Shown here in pieces: positions 39,418 through 49,037 of a DNA stretch of 64,000 bases. Under the pieces are notes generated by a model. That model searched no databases. It saw nothing but the letters and a program-made list of their open reading frames with translations, and was not told the DNA's origin. The stretch comes from Candidatus Dojkabacteria bacterium (GTDB lineage Bacteria; Patescibacteriota; Dojkabacteria; SC72), in NCBI GenBank assembly GCA_028694805.1, contig JAQVKD010000001.1:25549-89548 (forward strand). The letters run 5' to 3'. Position 1 is the first letter of the stretch. Every line of letters begins with the position of its first letter. A program made the position numbers and the translations under genes.

Positions 39418-39516
39418 TTACCTCCTCTTTCTTCTTCCACCAACGAAATCAGCACACCGTCTTCCGACACCACGTACACGCTTATATCTAACACACTCTG
39501 CACCTTTCTTTGCCAT
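39418..39516 (-). CDS. tiny Arg/Lys-rich protein P4 (32 aa), not in ORF track
   Basis: GGAGGA SD 6 nt upstream. MAKKGAECVRYKRVRGVGRRCADFVGGRRKRR shares the RRCADF motif with P2. Confidence 0.45.
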   Translation of the reverse strand: MAKKGAECVRYKRVRGVGRRCADFVGGRRKRR

Positions 39517-39615
39517 ATCATTCCTCCTACATTGTTTATATTTGATTTATTTAAATCAATATTATTTATCTTTCAGAAAGGTCGTTTTTATCAATATAGT
39601 ATCACTGGAGAATTG

Positions 39616-39984
39616 TCATCTTATTTTTACCATATGGTGCTCCTCCCATTCTTGAATTGGGTGTAATACTATAAAAAGTTCTTTTTTCTTACATTTCATT
39701 TTCTTACCGTCAGTCTCAACATGACAACCTGCAACGACAATATGCTCAGCTACATCATATTTCTTCGTATAAGCATCTTCTGGATCTTGAAAAAGAACAG
39801 CCATATATTTATGTCTCTTACCATCAAACCCCTCTTCTTCAATCTCTTCAAATTCAGGAACGTCTATTTCCCCATCTACATCTTCAATGTAATCTCTAGG
39901 AAATGCTATATACTCTATTTCATCATTATCACGTTTATCTGTAATCCACAATGGATACTTGCACGGACAAGTTATGATTACCAC
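39616..39984 (-). CDS. hypothetical acidic protein
   Basis: 122 aa, CPC plus two His, acidic repeats. Confidence 0.4.
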   Translation of the reverse strand: MVIITCPCKYPLWITDKRDNDEIEYIAFPRDYIEDVDGEIDVPEFEEIEEEGFDGKRHKYMAVLFQDPEDAYTKKYDVAEHIVVAGCHVETDGKKMKCKKKELFIVLHPIQEWEEHHMVKIR

Positions 39985-40439
39985 TCCATCTTGAATGTTG
40001 ATGCTAAAGAAAGGCTGTTAACATTTTCATCATACCATTCCACAACTTTCATGTTTATTTCTTTCATCCCTTTGCTATTAAACATGTTATGTTGATTACA
40101 TTTATGTATCTCTTCTGGTATGTACATCACATGCATATTATCTATATGATGTCTTACTGAACCTTCAAATTTGTAATCAAGATATACATTAGTACTGTCT
40201 CTTATTCTAAGAATGTTACGCCTTCTCTTATGATGTTTTCTTGTCTTTTTTAACTTACTGTCATAAAACATATTAATTAATGGAATATACTCTTCCAGGA
40301 CACTATATCTATTATAATCATTTTCAAATTTTAAAAGAGATGGAATTAAATTAAAATAAATCCACAAATCATATAAGGCACTAATGCCAAGAGGCAAACT
40401 CAATCTCTTTTCAACTTCCGGATTATGTCGTAAATTCAT
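39978..40439 (-). CDS. hypothetical protein
   Basis: 153 aa with a basic KKTRKHHKRRRN patch. Confidence 0.4.
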   Translation of the reverse strand: MNLRHNPEVEKRLSLPLGISALYDLWIYFNLIPSLLKFENDYNRYSVLEEYIPLINMFYDSKLKKTRKHHKRRRNILRIRDSTNVYLDYKFEGSVRHHIDNMHVMYIPEEIHKCNQHNMFNSKGMKEINMKVVEWYDENVNSLSLASTFKMEW

Positions 40440-40546
40440 GTTCGAACTTTTAATTTAAGCTTTAATATCTTAATAGACGGTAAACTATATAAAGGGTTAG
40501 ATTTGGGACAATTGATACGTTTTTAAAAAAAATTAGAAAGTTAGAC

Positions 40547-41074
40547 TTACCACTGATATGACTGACATGTTTTATGTTCTATAAAATCGTTAATACACGA
40601 CTTAAATCCTTGAGTAATTGTAATATTGAGTGTATCACATCTAGAAATAAACTCTTTCCACAGTTTATATTCGACACTCAAACTCAAACGATATTCCTTT
40701 TCACAATAAATCTTTCTCGCCTTATAAAAAAATTTACTCATTTCCGAGTCCATGTCATATAACCACAACTTCAGAATTTTATTATTTAATGAAATACATA
40801 TATCTCTGTTGCTACATACATAATGAAGAATTTTAATATTTTTTCTTGTGTCGTAATCAGACCATATTCTTACATCAACAATACTGTCATTATCTATATA
40901 TCTAACAGTATTTGAGTAATCATTTTCATGTTTATATTCCTTTTTTTCGTCTACCTTAATTAACATCTCTTCTATTTCATTATAATTTCCAGATTTTCTG
41001 AGAGATACTAATCTGTCCAAAAATTCAGTGATTAATTCATTTTTCTCATCAACATTATTTTCACTTTGATTCAT
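40547..41074 (-). CDS. hypothetical protein
   Basis: 175 aa, no recognised domain. Confidence 0.4.
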   Translation of the reverse strand: MNQSENNVDEKNELITEFLDRLVSLRKSGNYNEIEEMLIKVDEKKEYKHENDYSNTVRYIDNDSIVDVRIWSDYDTRKNIKILHYVCSNRDICISLNNKILKLWLYDMDSEMSKFFYKARKIYCEKEYRLSLSVEYKLWKEFISRCDTLNITITQGFKSCINDFIEHKTCQSYQW

Positions 41075-41104
41075 TAATGTATTACATCAATTTATCTAAA
41101 CAAG

Positions 41105-42487
41105 TCATAACTTCTCAAACACCTCAACCCATTTATCCACGATCTTAGACCATGTATAATTATAAGAAAACTTGATACATTCATCTTTAATTTTTTTATC
41201 TTCCTTATCCCAATAAGAATGCATTTCTATCATAGCTTCAGATAATTTCTTTTCATTTATTAAACCCCTATAAATTCCATCAGGAAGCATTTGCAATTCA
41301 CAATCTACAAGTATTCCTCTTTTTTTATCTTTTCCTATTAATTCAGGAAACGAACAAATGTTTGTTCCTATATTTGGAACACCACATGCCATGCTTTCTA
41401 ATGTAGGCAAGTTAAACCCTTCCCCGCTACTACTACTTATGTGACAATCAAATATGTTATATAATCTACAAAGAGCCTGTTCAGACCATCCAGTTCCTCT
41501 TCCTCCACTATATGAAAATATTACATTTTTCTCTATTCCTAACTTTTGAACTATTCTCATTAGATTTAATCCAACATTACTAATTGGAACTGTATGTAAC
41601 CATAAAACTGTTCTATCAGTTAATCTTCTATCATCTTTTATCGTTAACTGATAAGCCTTCAACAATCTTTCAATTCTTTTTCTTATTCCAAAATTAGCTC
41701 CTACAAAACCAAAAACATATCTACCTTTTACAATTTTCCTTAATAGACTAACTAGATAATATCCATATATAAATCTTTTTTCAACATCATCCCACTTCAT
41801 TATTCCAACTTCTTCTTCAATGGACTCAACACATAATTCATGATTATCACAGCAAGTCCAGCAACAATTTTCAAATAAAAAATCAGGATTTATTTCTGTC
41901 TTTCCTTCATTTATCATATACCAGCAGTAATCAGCACTATCTAATTCACTATCAGTTAATTTTTTAAATATTTTTTCATTATATCCATGATATACAGTAT
42001 CAAGTACATCAATGCCATTCTTCATTAATTGAGTTGCTCCCCAATTACATTGAGCAACTACTTTCCCCCCACTGTCAGTAAATCTCTTTAATGATTTAAA
42101 ACTTCCAATTCCTAATCCTAATCCATCAACTGGAACATACCATATTCTTTTTGTTATTCCAGCTTGCAAAGGAATATCCAACAGAAAATCCATATCACCT
42201 GTATCACTACCGAATAAATTAAATACTATATCAGGCTTTATTTCCATTAAAGTAGCAAAATATGACGCTTCTTCTCCAATGTGTTCATTTGCAATAGGAT
42301 AACACTCAATTCCATAGTCCCACGTCTTCATATATCCGGAATTGAGACCTGTCATTGTACATTCATAACCTCTCTTTTTTAATTCCAAGATTATGTTCTT
42401 AGTTACATTAGAGAATCCACTATTTCTTTGAAGTGTGTCTGATAGAAAGTGAATTCTTAGATTTTTTGTCATTATTTTTTTACCCAC
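41105..42487 (-). CDS. GT-B glycosyltransferase (GT4-like)
   Basis: SGEGFNLPTLESMACGVPNIGT contains the E-x7-E motif of retaining GT4 enzymes. Confidence 0.65.
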   Translation of the reverse strand: MGKKIMTKNLRIHFLSDTLQRNSGFSNVTKNIILELKKRGYECTMTGLNSGYMKTWDYGIECYPIANEHIGEEASYFATLMEIKPDIVFNLFGSDTGDMDFLLDIPLQAGITKRIWYVPVDGLGLGIGSFKSLKRFTDSGGKVVAQCNWGATQLMKNGIDVLDTVYHGYNEKIFKKLTDSELDSADYCWYMINEGKTEINPDFLFENCCWTCCDNHELCVESIEEEVGIMKWDDVEKRFIYGYYLVSLLRKIVKGRYVFGFVGANFGIRKRIERLLKAYQLTIKDDRRLTDRTVLWLHTVPISNVGLNLMRIVQKLGIEKNVIFSYSGGRGTGWSEQALCRLYNIFDCHISSSSGEGFNLPTLESMACGVPNIGTNICSFPELIGKDKKRGILVDCELQMLPDGIYRGLINEKKLSEAMIEMHSYWDKEDKKIKDECIKFSYNYTWSKIVDKWVEVFEKL

Positions 42488-42529
42488 TTTATTTTTGTAT
42501 AAATATGTTTTATTTATTTTATCACTTCT

Positions 42530-43090
42530 TTACGGTAATTCCCACATATCTAAATCAAGGGTAAATTTAATTTTATTTACATTTATATCTACACTTGGTT
42601 CTATTGCATATATAACTAAATGGTCTTCATTTTTAAGTTCACAACTTTGTTCAAACCTATACAATTGAGCATTGTTCTTAAATTTTGGTTTTGTATCCAC
42701 ATGATTTTTAATGTTAATATCAGAATATTGCATCTTTCCAACTAAAATAATCGTTTCAGATGCTCTTTCTTTTTTTATATGTATTTTAGTAGTTAAATCA
42801 ATTTCATTATCATTATTGTCTAAAAGAATAACTTTTAACGAATGTGCAGCCTTTGGATCAGTGCCCTTTGGAACTTGTCCAACGCCATATACACTTATTT
42901 TCCATCCACATGGACATCTTATATCTATAACAGGTCCAGTACAGCCTTTACTTAAACCTGAAAGAGTTACCAGTCTTTTGTTGGCTTCATCAAGACATAT
43001 CTGATTTCTTATGCAATTATTACTTTCCATATATCTTATATATTCATCATATGTCCTGAAATTTGAATAAGTTTTCATCTTTACCTCCAT
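42530..43090 (-). CDS. putative structural protein, PLTKIRITK family (paralog 2)
   Basis: VIDIRCPCGWKISVYGVGQVPKG...LTTKIHIKKER...NKIKFTLDLDMWE. Confidence 0.5.
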   Translation of the reverse strand: MEVKMKTYSNFRTYDEYIRYMESNNCIRNQICLDEANKRLVTLSGLSKGCTGPVIDIRCPCGWKISVYGVGQVPKGTDPKAAHSLKVILLDNNDNEIDLTTKIHIKKERASETIILVGKMQYSDINIKNHVDTKPKFKNNAQLYRFEQSCELKNEDHLVIYAIEPSVDINVNKIKFTLDLDMWELP

Positions 43091-43344
43091 TAAAAATCAT
43101 CTACACGTCGAGCTATCTTAGATGGTTCAGTTTTAATATCTTTAGCTAGATATTTTATTTCATCAAGTTGTTTTTTTAATTTATTGTCTTTATACTTTTC
43201 AAGCAATGTCGAGTCTTCAGCCAGTTTTATTTTTAAGATTGCTCTTATTGCATTATCATCTAATAGAGACATTCTTCTAATATACTTTATATGGTTTTCT
43301 ATGAATTCGATTTCAGTGTCTTGTTCTGAGTTCATTTTTTCCAC
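43090..43344 (-). CDS. small helical hypothetical protein
   Basis: 84 aa, charged. Confidence 0.35.
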   Translation of the reverse strand: MEKMNSEQDTEIEFIENHIKYIRRMSLLDDNAIRAILKIKLAEDSTLLEKYKDNKLKKQLDEIKYLAKDIKTEPSKIARRVDDF

Positions 43345-43976
43345 CTATCTATTTCTAATGAGAATTTTATATGGTTAGAATCTATTTCTATGTCTGGTAA
43401 AATAATTCCTTCTTCACGAGTTTCACCTACAACAAAAATAAACAGATGATATTCTCCACATAGTTCAACGATTTCATTAAATCTATACCATCTTGAAACA
43501 TCTTTAGATTTTCCATTTTCATTGATACTAACATCAAAATAGCGTAGACTATCTAGTTGAACAATATCATCATATGCTGTCGCTTTGGTGATACGTATTT
43601 TTGTCAGCGGATGTACTTCAAATCCTTCTGTATTACATAATTCAATTCCAAGAGGATATGCTGTTCTTTGATCATCTCCCATTAGAACGTCTTGAGTTCC
43701 CATGATTGAATATATTTCTCCTGGAGGACAATAAAAATCGACAACACATGAAGTAATTCCAATGTGACAATCTCTAATGACAGCGTCCTTTTCAGTGAGA
43801 GTTTTATGAGTCATTATCCGACCCATACATTCCATATAATCAATGTAATTATTATAATTAATTTTATTTTCTTTCACAACTTCTCTTTTAATATCACATG
43901 GAAGTGTTTCTTTCTTGCCTACATATTTTTTGTACTCTATATAATCTTCCTCGGTTTCTATTCTTTTATTGAACAT
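43332..43976 (-). CDS. putative structural protein, PLTKIRITK family (paralog 3)
   Basis: VVDFYCPPGEIYSIMGTQDVLMG...PLTKIRITKATA...GIILPDIEIDSNHIKFSLEIDRW. Confidence 0.55.
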   Translation of the reverse strand: MFNKRIETEEDYIEYKKYVGKKETLPCDIKREVVKENKINYNNYIDYMECMGRIMTHKTLTEKDAVIRDCHIGITSCVVDFYCPPGEIYSIMGTQDVLMGDDQRTAYPLGIELCNTEGFEVHPLTKIRITKATAYDDIVQLDSLRYFDVSINENGKSKDVSRWYRFNEIVELCGEYHLFIFVVGETREEGIILPDIEIDSNHIKFSLEIDRWKK

Positions 43977-44055
43977 ATTATTGTCTCCTTGATTCTGATT
44001 CTTTATTTTATTTAGTTATATATCATTAGTATATTCAATCAGTTAAAGTTCTACA

Positions 44056-44415
44056 TTATATTCTTTCTAATACCATCCTAACTTTAGGATTAAACTTCTC
44101 CCTGCTCATTTCAAAATCAAGTTTGACAACTTTTATTCCAGTCTTCCATTCAAATCTTTTTATTGCTTCATATATTTCAGTTTCAGATCTTAATTTTTCT
44201 GCTCTAACTCTATCAAGAGAAACCTTTACTTGATTTGTTAGTTCATCGGTTCCCCACTTAAAGTCCCTGCTTATTTTTACATGCTTGGCATCTTCTTTCT
44301 TCTCATTTTCTTCTATTTTTTTAACCACTTCTTCTTTTTTCAGAGGTTGCTCCTTTGATTCTTCTTTCGCTTCATTTTCTACCATATTCTCACCTTTGTT
44401 ACAACTTCTCTTCAA
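44056..44415 (-). CDS. KE-rich hypothetical protein
   Basis: 119 aa. Confidence 0.4.
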   Translation of the reverse strand: MKRSCNKGENMVENEAKEESKEQPLKKEEVVKKIEENEKKEDAKHVKISRDFKWGTDELTNQVKVSLDRVRAEKLRSETEIYEAIKRFEWKTGIKVVKLDFEMSREKFNPKVRMVLERI

Positions 44416-44465
44416 TTTATTCTTAATCTATTCTTATGTTTTTAGTAATGATATATAACTATCAT

Positions 44466-44735
44466 CTAAAACCTATTTATTAACGGAGCAAGTTTTTCTC
44501 TCTTTTTCATAATATTTTCTATGCCATCAAGTAGTTCTTTAAGATCGTGGTCATACATATTACTTACATATTCTGCAGTTGAATTGATGGTCGATTCTCT
44601 AACAGATGCCTGTAATAATCCTTTTGTAAAACCATTTATTCTTATTTTTGATCTGTCGTGTTCCAGACATTTTCTGTATTCTCTAAATATAAACTTTATA
44701 ACTTCAGATGAAATTTGTGCATCATTGTTTACCAT
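44466..44735 (-). CDS. hypothetical protein
   Basis: 89 aa. Confidence 0.35.
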   Translation of the reverse strand: MVNNDAQISSEVIKFIFREYRKCLEHDRSKIRINGFTKGLLQASVRESTINSTAEYVSNMYDHDLKELLDGIENIMKKREKLAPLINRF

Positions 44736-44771
44736 ACTATCACTTTTTTATAGTTTGGAATATTTCTTTGA

Positions 44772-45332
44772 TTATTTCTTCTTGTTCTTGTTCACTATTT
44801 TATCCCAGTTGTATTTCACAAAAGTCTTTGAATTACAGTAAGGACATTTATCATCTGGATTATCTTCTGTTGGTTTCTTTTTAGGAAGACCACAGTCAGT
44901 ACATTTATAAGTTGCATCTTTTGGTACAAGTAGATATTCAGTATTACATCCTTCACCTGTACACTTCAGAGTTCCACTATCAGTCTTTTTTAATAGATGC
45001 TTATGTTCATGTTTAGCTCCTGAACATGTAGGACAATATACCTCGCTTTCTTCTTTTTCTTTTTGTAGTTTCTCTCTTTCTTTATCCAGTTCCATCCTTT
45101 CTTTTTTCTTAACTTCCTCTAGACTTTCATTTTCTTCTTCTTTTTCTTTATCTTTTTCGGAAGTTGCTTTCTTTAGAATTTGCGATACTTTACTGCCTTT
45201 CACGCCAGAACCAGGACTTTCAAGAATTGTCTTTCTCAATGTTTCAGCAGTTTTCTCTGCAGCTTGTTTTGCTGTTTCTTCAATCAATTCTCTATTAATT
45301 TCTTCGCTTGTCTTTGTTACTATTCTTGACAC
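44772..45332 (-). CDS. KE-rich protein with C-terminal Zn-ribbon
   Basis: CPTCSGAKHEHKH...CTGEGC...CTDCG...CPYCNS. Confidence 0.45.
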   Translation of the reverse strand: MSRIVTKTSEEINRELIEETAKQAAEKTAETLRKTILESPGSGVKGSKVSQILKKATSEKDKEKEEENESLEEVKKKERMELDKEREKLQKEKEESEVYCPTCSGAKHEHKHLLKKTDSGTLKCTGEGCNTEYLLVPKDATYKCTDCGLPKKKPTEDNPDDKCPYCNSKTFVKYNWDKIVNKNKKK

Positions 45333-45341
45333 TTTATCACC

Positions 45342-47396
45342 CTATTTCTTTCTAATTATAAACTTCTTTTGCTCTTTCTCCTTTAGTTCTATAATATTAT
45401 GCTCTTTCTCAACATCACTATTTAACAAATCTTTTCTATCACTCCACCAATCAATTCCTTCATTAGATTTAGAGTGTATTCTTCTTAATTGGAACTCGCC
45501 TTCTTTAACCTCGTTTTCAGGTTCTGAAGTCTCATTTTCAATCTCTTCTTTCTCTTTTGTACTTCCACGTGCAGCTTCGTCATCATCAATAGAAACTGTA
45601 GAAATGTCATTCTCAATATTCACCTCAGGTTCTTTTATTACTTCATTAAAACTTACTATTTTTGGAGACTTGTTTATTAAATCATCAATATTGACATTCT
45701 CTTGTAGGATGTTTTCTTCGTCATATGGAATATCAGAATAGACAATATCCTTTATTTCGTTAGAAGATTTCTCTTTTAAAACAACAATTTCATTTTCAAG
45801 TAGTTCTATTTTCTTTTCCATCTGAGTTACTACTGTCATTACATTCTCAGTATTTTTATCAAGGTTCTGGATTGCTGATAATATAACATTTAAACTTTCG
45901 TTTGGTTGTTGAGCATTTGACTGTTGAGTACTTGGTTGTTGAGTATTTGACTGCTGAGTATCCGGCTTATTTTCTTGTTTGTTATCTTTTCCAAGTCCAA
46001 TCTCTTCATAGAATTCACTTTTTTTCATTATTGTTCCATCATTACCCTCTGTTTGATTTCCAAGTACTTCAGACATAGATGACATTTTAGCTTTTGTTTC
46101 TTCGATAGGTTTCCCGATATCTTTTTCACTCCAACTAAAATTTCTTGATTCTTGTTTGATTTGATCTTGCGCAGGGTTTATAGGATTAGATAACTTTCCT
46201 GACAATTCTCTTTGTTCTTTCATTAACATCTTTTTAACAATACTTTGTTCAACTCCTGTAATTCCTCTTAATGACATGTATTGGTGAATTGATGAAGGTT
46301 CATCTGGATTAAGTGAAAGTATCATTTCTTCTGGTGTTTGTTGAAGGCTTGTACCTGAACTTACTGAACCACCTCCTCCGAAAAAGTCATTTGATGGAGT
46401 TTGAAAGTTATTTTGTTGATATTGTTGACTTCTTTGATTATATTGATCTGGATTATCGTATCTATCTATTAAGTCTCTATTCATGTCAGATGGTCTTCTC
46501 TTAGATCTGTCTCTTACATTTTCATTTGGAATAGAGTTTTCTTGTGATTGTTCTTGAGATTTTTTAGAAAGACCCCTGTTTTGAAGTATTCTATCTTGTT
46601 CTGCAAGTAAAGTTCTTTGTGCATCATATAGATTCTTCATGCCTGTTTTTTGCATAAATACATTCATATCGTCAATACTGGTAGAATCAAGTCCCATTAT
46701 TATTTTTTCTATTTCTTTTTGCTGCTCTTCGGGACTTGCCTGATGTTCTTGACCCTGTCCTTGTTGCTGGTTTTGAGGAACTTTTCCAGAATATGCATCC
46801 ATCATTGCGCCAATTCTATCAGCTCCAAACATTTTCACTAACTCAGTTGCTTTATCTCCGAACTTTTCTCCTAATGCATATCCCATCTTAGTATCGGCAA
46901 TATCAAGAAATGCTCCTATAATTCCACTGTGAGATTTCTTTACTTCTCCTACCGGACTTCCTCCTCTAAATATATTACCAACTAAATTTCCAATTACTTC
47001 ATCATTGAGTTTTTGATTCAATGCTTCTTCAAATCTTCTCCCTAAAGAAATTACATTTCCTGCTCCATCTCCTCCAACACGTTCTCTTGCATCTCTCATC
47101 AACCTTTCATATTCTTGCTGACTAATAGTAACCCCTTTTCTATCGATGATATTTAGATTGTTGGATTCTTGTCTATTTGATGTGATATAAGAAGAAATTG
47201 CACGACTAGCTGCTTCATCCGCTACTTTAGGAACGATTTCATTTACAACTTTGTGTGTCGCTTTTGACGTTGCTTCATCTATTAATTTTTGTGCATAGTC
47301 CACTGGAACAGAATTTTGTAAAGATGGTTGATGAACTTCCTGACTTCCATATGATGAAAGTTCTTTCTTTTCTGTTATTATTGGAATATTACCCAT
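45342..47396 (-). CDS. large low-complexity Q/N/E-rich protein (scaffold or tegument-like)
   Basis: 684 aa. QQQGQGQEHQ and TQQSNTQQPSTQQSNAQQP low-complexity stretches. Coiled-coil segments. Confidence 0.5.
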   Translation of the reverse strand: MGNIPIITEKKELSSYGSQEVHQPSLQNSVPVDYAQKLIDEATSKATHKVVNEIVPKVADEAASRAISSYITSNRQESNNLNIIDRKGVTISQQEYERLMRDARERVGGDGAGNVISLGRRFEEALNQKLNDEVIGNLVGNIFRGGSPVGEVKKSHSGIIGAFLDIADTKMGYALGEKFGDKATELVKMFGADRIGAMMDAYSGKVPQNQQQGQGQEHQASPEEQQKEIEKIIMGLDSTSIDDMNVFMQKTGMKNLYDAQRTLLAEQDRILQNRGLSKKSQEQSQENSIPNENVRDRSKRRPSDMNRDLIDRYDNPDQYNQRSQQYQQNNFQTPSNDFFGGGGSVSSGTSLQQTPEEMILSLNPDEPSSIHQYMSLRGITGVEQSIVKKMLMKEQRELSGKLSNPINPAQDQIKQESRNFSWSEKDIGKPIEETKAKMSSMSEVLGNQTEGNDGTIMKKSEFYEEIGLGKDNKQENKPDTQQSNTQQPSTQQSNAQQPNESLNVILSAIQNLDKNTENVMTVVTQMEKKIELLENEIVVLKEKSSNEIKDIVYSDIPYDEENILQENVNIDDLINKSPKIVSFNEVIKEPEVNIENDISTVSIDDDEAARGSTKEKEEIENETSEPENEVKEGEFQLRRIHSKSNEGIDWWSDRKDLLNSDVEKEHNIIELKEKEQKKFIIRKK

Positions 47397-47551
47397 CTCC
47401 TTTATTTTTATCCTTTATCAATGAACATTATAAATTTATCTGTAGACACACTGGATGATGTCTGAACTATGTGTATTCCCACAAGAAGTTGATGTATCTA
47501 CTTTAGACTCTATAATGTTCTATTGCTATTTCTGGTAATAATCTTAGAGAT

Positions 47552-48547
47552 TTATTTTACATTACGCAATTTATAAGGCTTCCAATCAAGTTTATTTCCA
47601 TGAACATCTGTCCATTCCTTTATTTCAAGACCACAATTAGGACAATATGAACTAGATTCTTCTATTCCTTGGTTACATATTGGACAATTTTCTTTTTTTG
47701 GTATTTTTTTATCTATATTGCCAATACTTCCCTTCATATCTTCGAAATACTTCTTCAGTTCTCCAACTTCGTTTCTTAGACATTTTCCATCTTCACATAT
47801 AGTATCGATCTTTTCTAATTTGCCTTTTATCGTGTCTACTTCAGTTTTCAAACATTTACCATCCTCACAGAACTGATTTACTTTACCGTTCATTTCTCTA
47901 AAAGTTTTGTTGAACTCTTCCTGCTCACGTAATTTTCTACTTATTCTTTCTACTTTTTCTTCTATGTTTACAGGATTTGTAACATACTGTTCTTCGTCGC
48001 TCACTCTTTTCACCTTCTGTATTTTAAACTTCGGTTTTATTCTTGATACAACTGCCTTTTGTTCTTTATTTTCATCCTTATTCTGTTCACTTACTTTAGA
48101 ATTTATAGTTTTCTCGACCCTATTCAGAAGTAAATTGTCCAATCTATTCATGTCTTCTGATTGATTTTTCTCCGACGTTAAAGTAGAATTGTCTTTTTTG
48201 ATATCAATCTCAGACAATTCTTTATTTACAATTGATGAATTCGATCCTGACAAAGTTTTTGGTCGTTCAATTTTCTTACTTTTTTTTTCGTTAATTTCCT
48301 TGTCCAAATTGACAATTTGATCACCAACTAATTCATTTAAAATATTAGCTCCGCCAACTTTATCTTCAAGTTGTTTAATAGACAAATCCCTTAGTTCAGA
48401 ACTGCTGTTTTCTGGGATTTCTCTTTCTATCGCTTTTTCTAGCTCTAATCTGATAAAAGCACTTTTAGACATTCCCTTCTTTTTTGAAACAGAGTATAAT
48501 TTGTCATCAAAATTATCATCCGTTTTCAACGAAAGGTTTCTAACCAT
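47552..48547 (-). CDS. RHH (CopG-like) DNA-binding protein with coiled coil and C-terminal Zn-ribbon
   Basis: N-terminus KKGMSKSAFIRLELEKAI. Duplicated CEDGKCL, then CPICN...CPNCG. Confidence 0.5.
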   Translation of the reverse strand: MVRNLSLKTDDNFDDKLYSVSKKKGMSKSAFIRLELEKAIEREIPENSSSELRDLSIKQLEDKVGGANILNELVGDQIVNLDKEINEKKSKKIERPKTLSGSNSSIVNKELSEIDIKKDNSTLTSEKNQSEDMNRLDNLLLNRVEKTINSKVSEQNKDENKEQKAVVSRIKPKFKIQKVKRVSDEEQYVTNPVNIEEKVERISRKLREQEEFNKTFREMNGKVNQFCEDGKCLKTEVDTIKGKLEKIDTICEDGKCLRNEVGELKKYFEDMKGSIGNIDKKIPKKENCPICNQGIEESSSYCPNCGLEIKEWTDVHGNKLDWKPYKLRNVK

Positions 48548-49037
48548 TTAATCTGCCTCACCAGTAGCTTACCAGTTAATCTGTATAATCTGTGATTAAA
48601 TAATCCTATTCATACAGAGAGTTTTAAAATTATATACTACTCCTTATAGTATTAACTAGTATATAAGCTTTTCGGTTTTTTTTATCACTTCCTTAAAAAA
48701 AAAACGGTTTTTCACTTTATTAAAATACCCGTATCCAAATATCCACTTATGTTCCAACTTATTATTTTTCCTATAGCCTTCTATCTACTACTTTATATAT
48801 AATTCTTTATAGGCTAAAAGTAGGAGAAAAAAAGGAGATATCTATTCTATCTTTTAGGAAGTATAAAAGTGAGAGACAAAAAGAGGGCAGCCGTATCGTA
48901 TAGAGTTAAAATATAAAAATATCTCTATATCCACTTACAAAAATCAATAGTATCCTATTACTTTGAAAAGATATAAATAAAGTTAGTTCTGTCCTAAACA
49001 TGGAAACATTTCCCACTTATATCACTAAGATATAATC
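48548..49037. promoter_or_regulatory. 490-bp AT-rich non-coding region with three CCACTTA(T/C) iterons; candidate origin or promoter hub next to the primase-helicase gene
   Basis: atatccacttat (48741-48750), tatatccacttac (about 48927-48938), tttcccacttat (49011-49020). An A10 run and phased A/T tracts. Confidence 0.35.

Noticed and set aside
39111-39516. Small basic proteins as ribosomal proteins (L36/L41e/L34-like)
   Set aside because: There are no matching zinc-ribbon or signature motifs, and no ribosomal-operon context. They more likely form an element-specific basic protein family.
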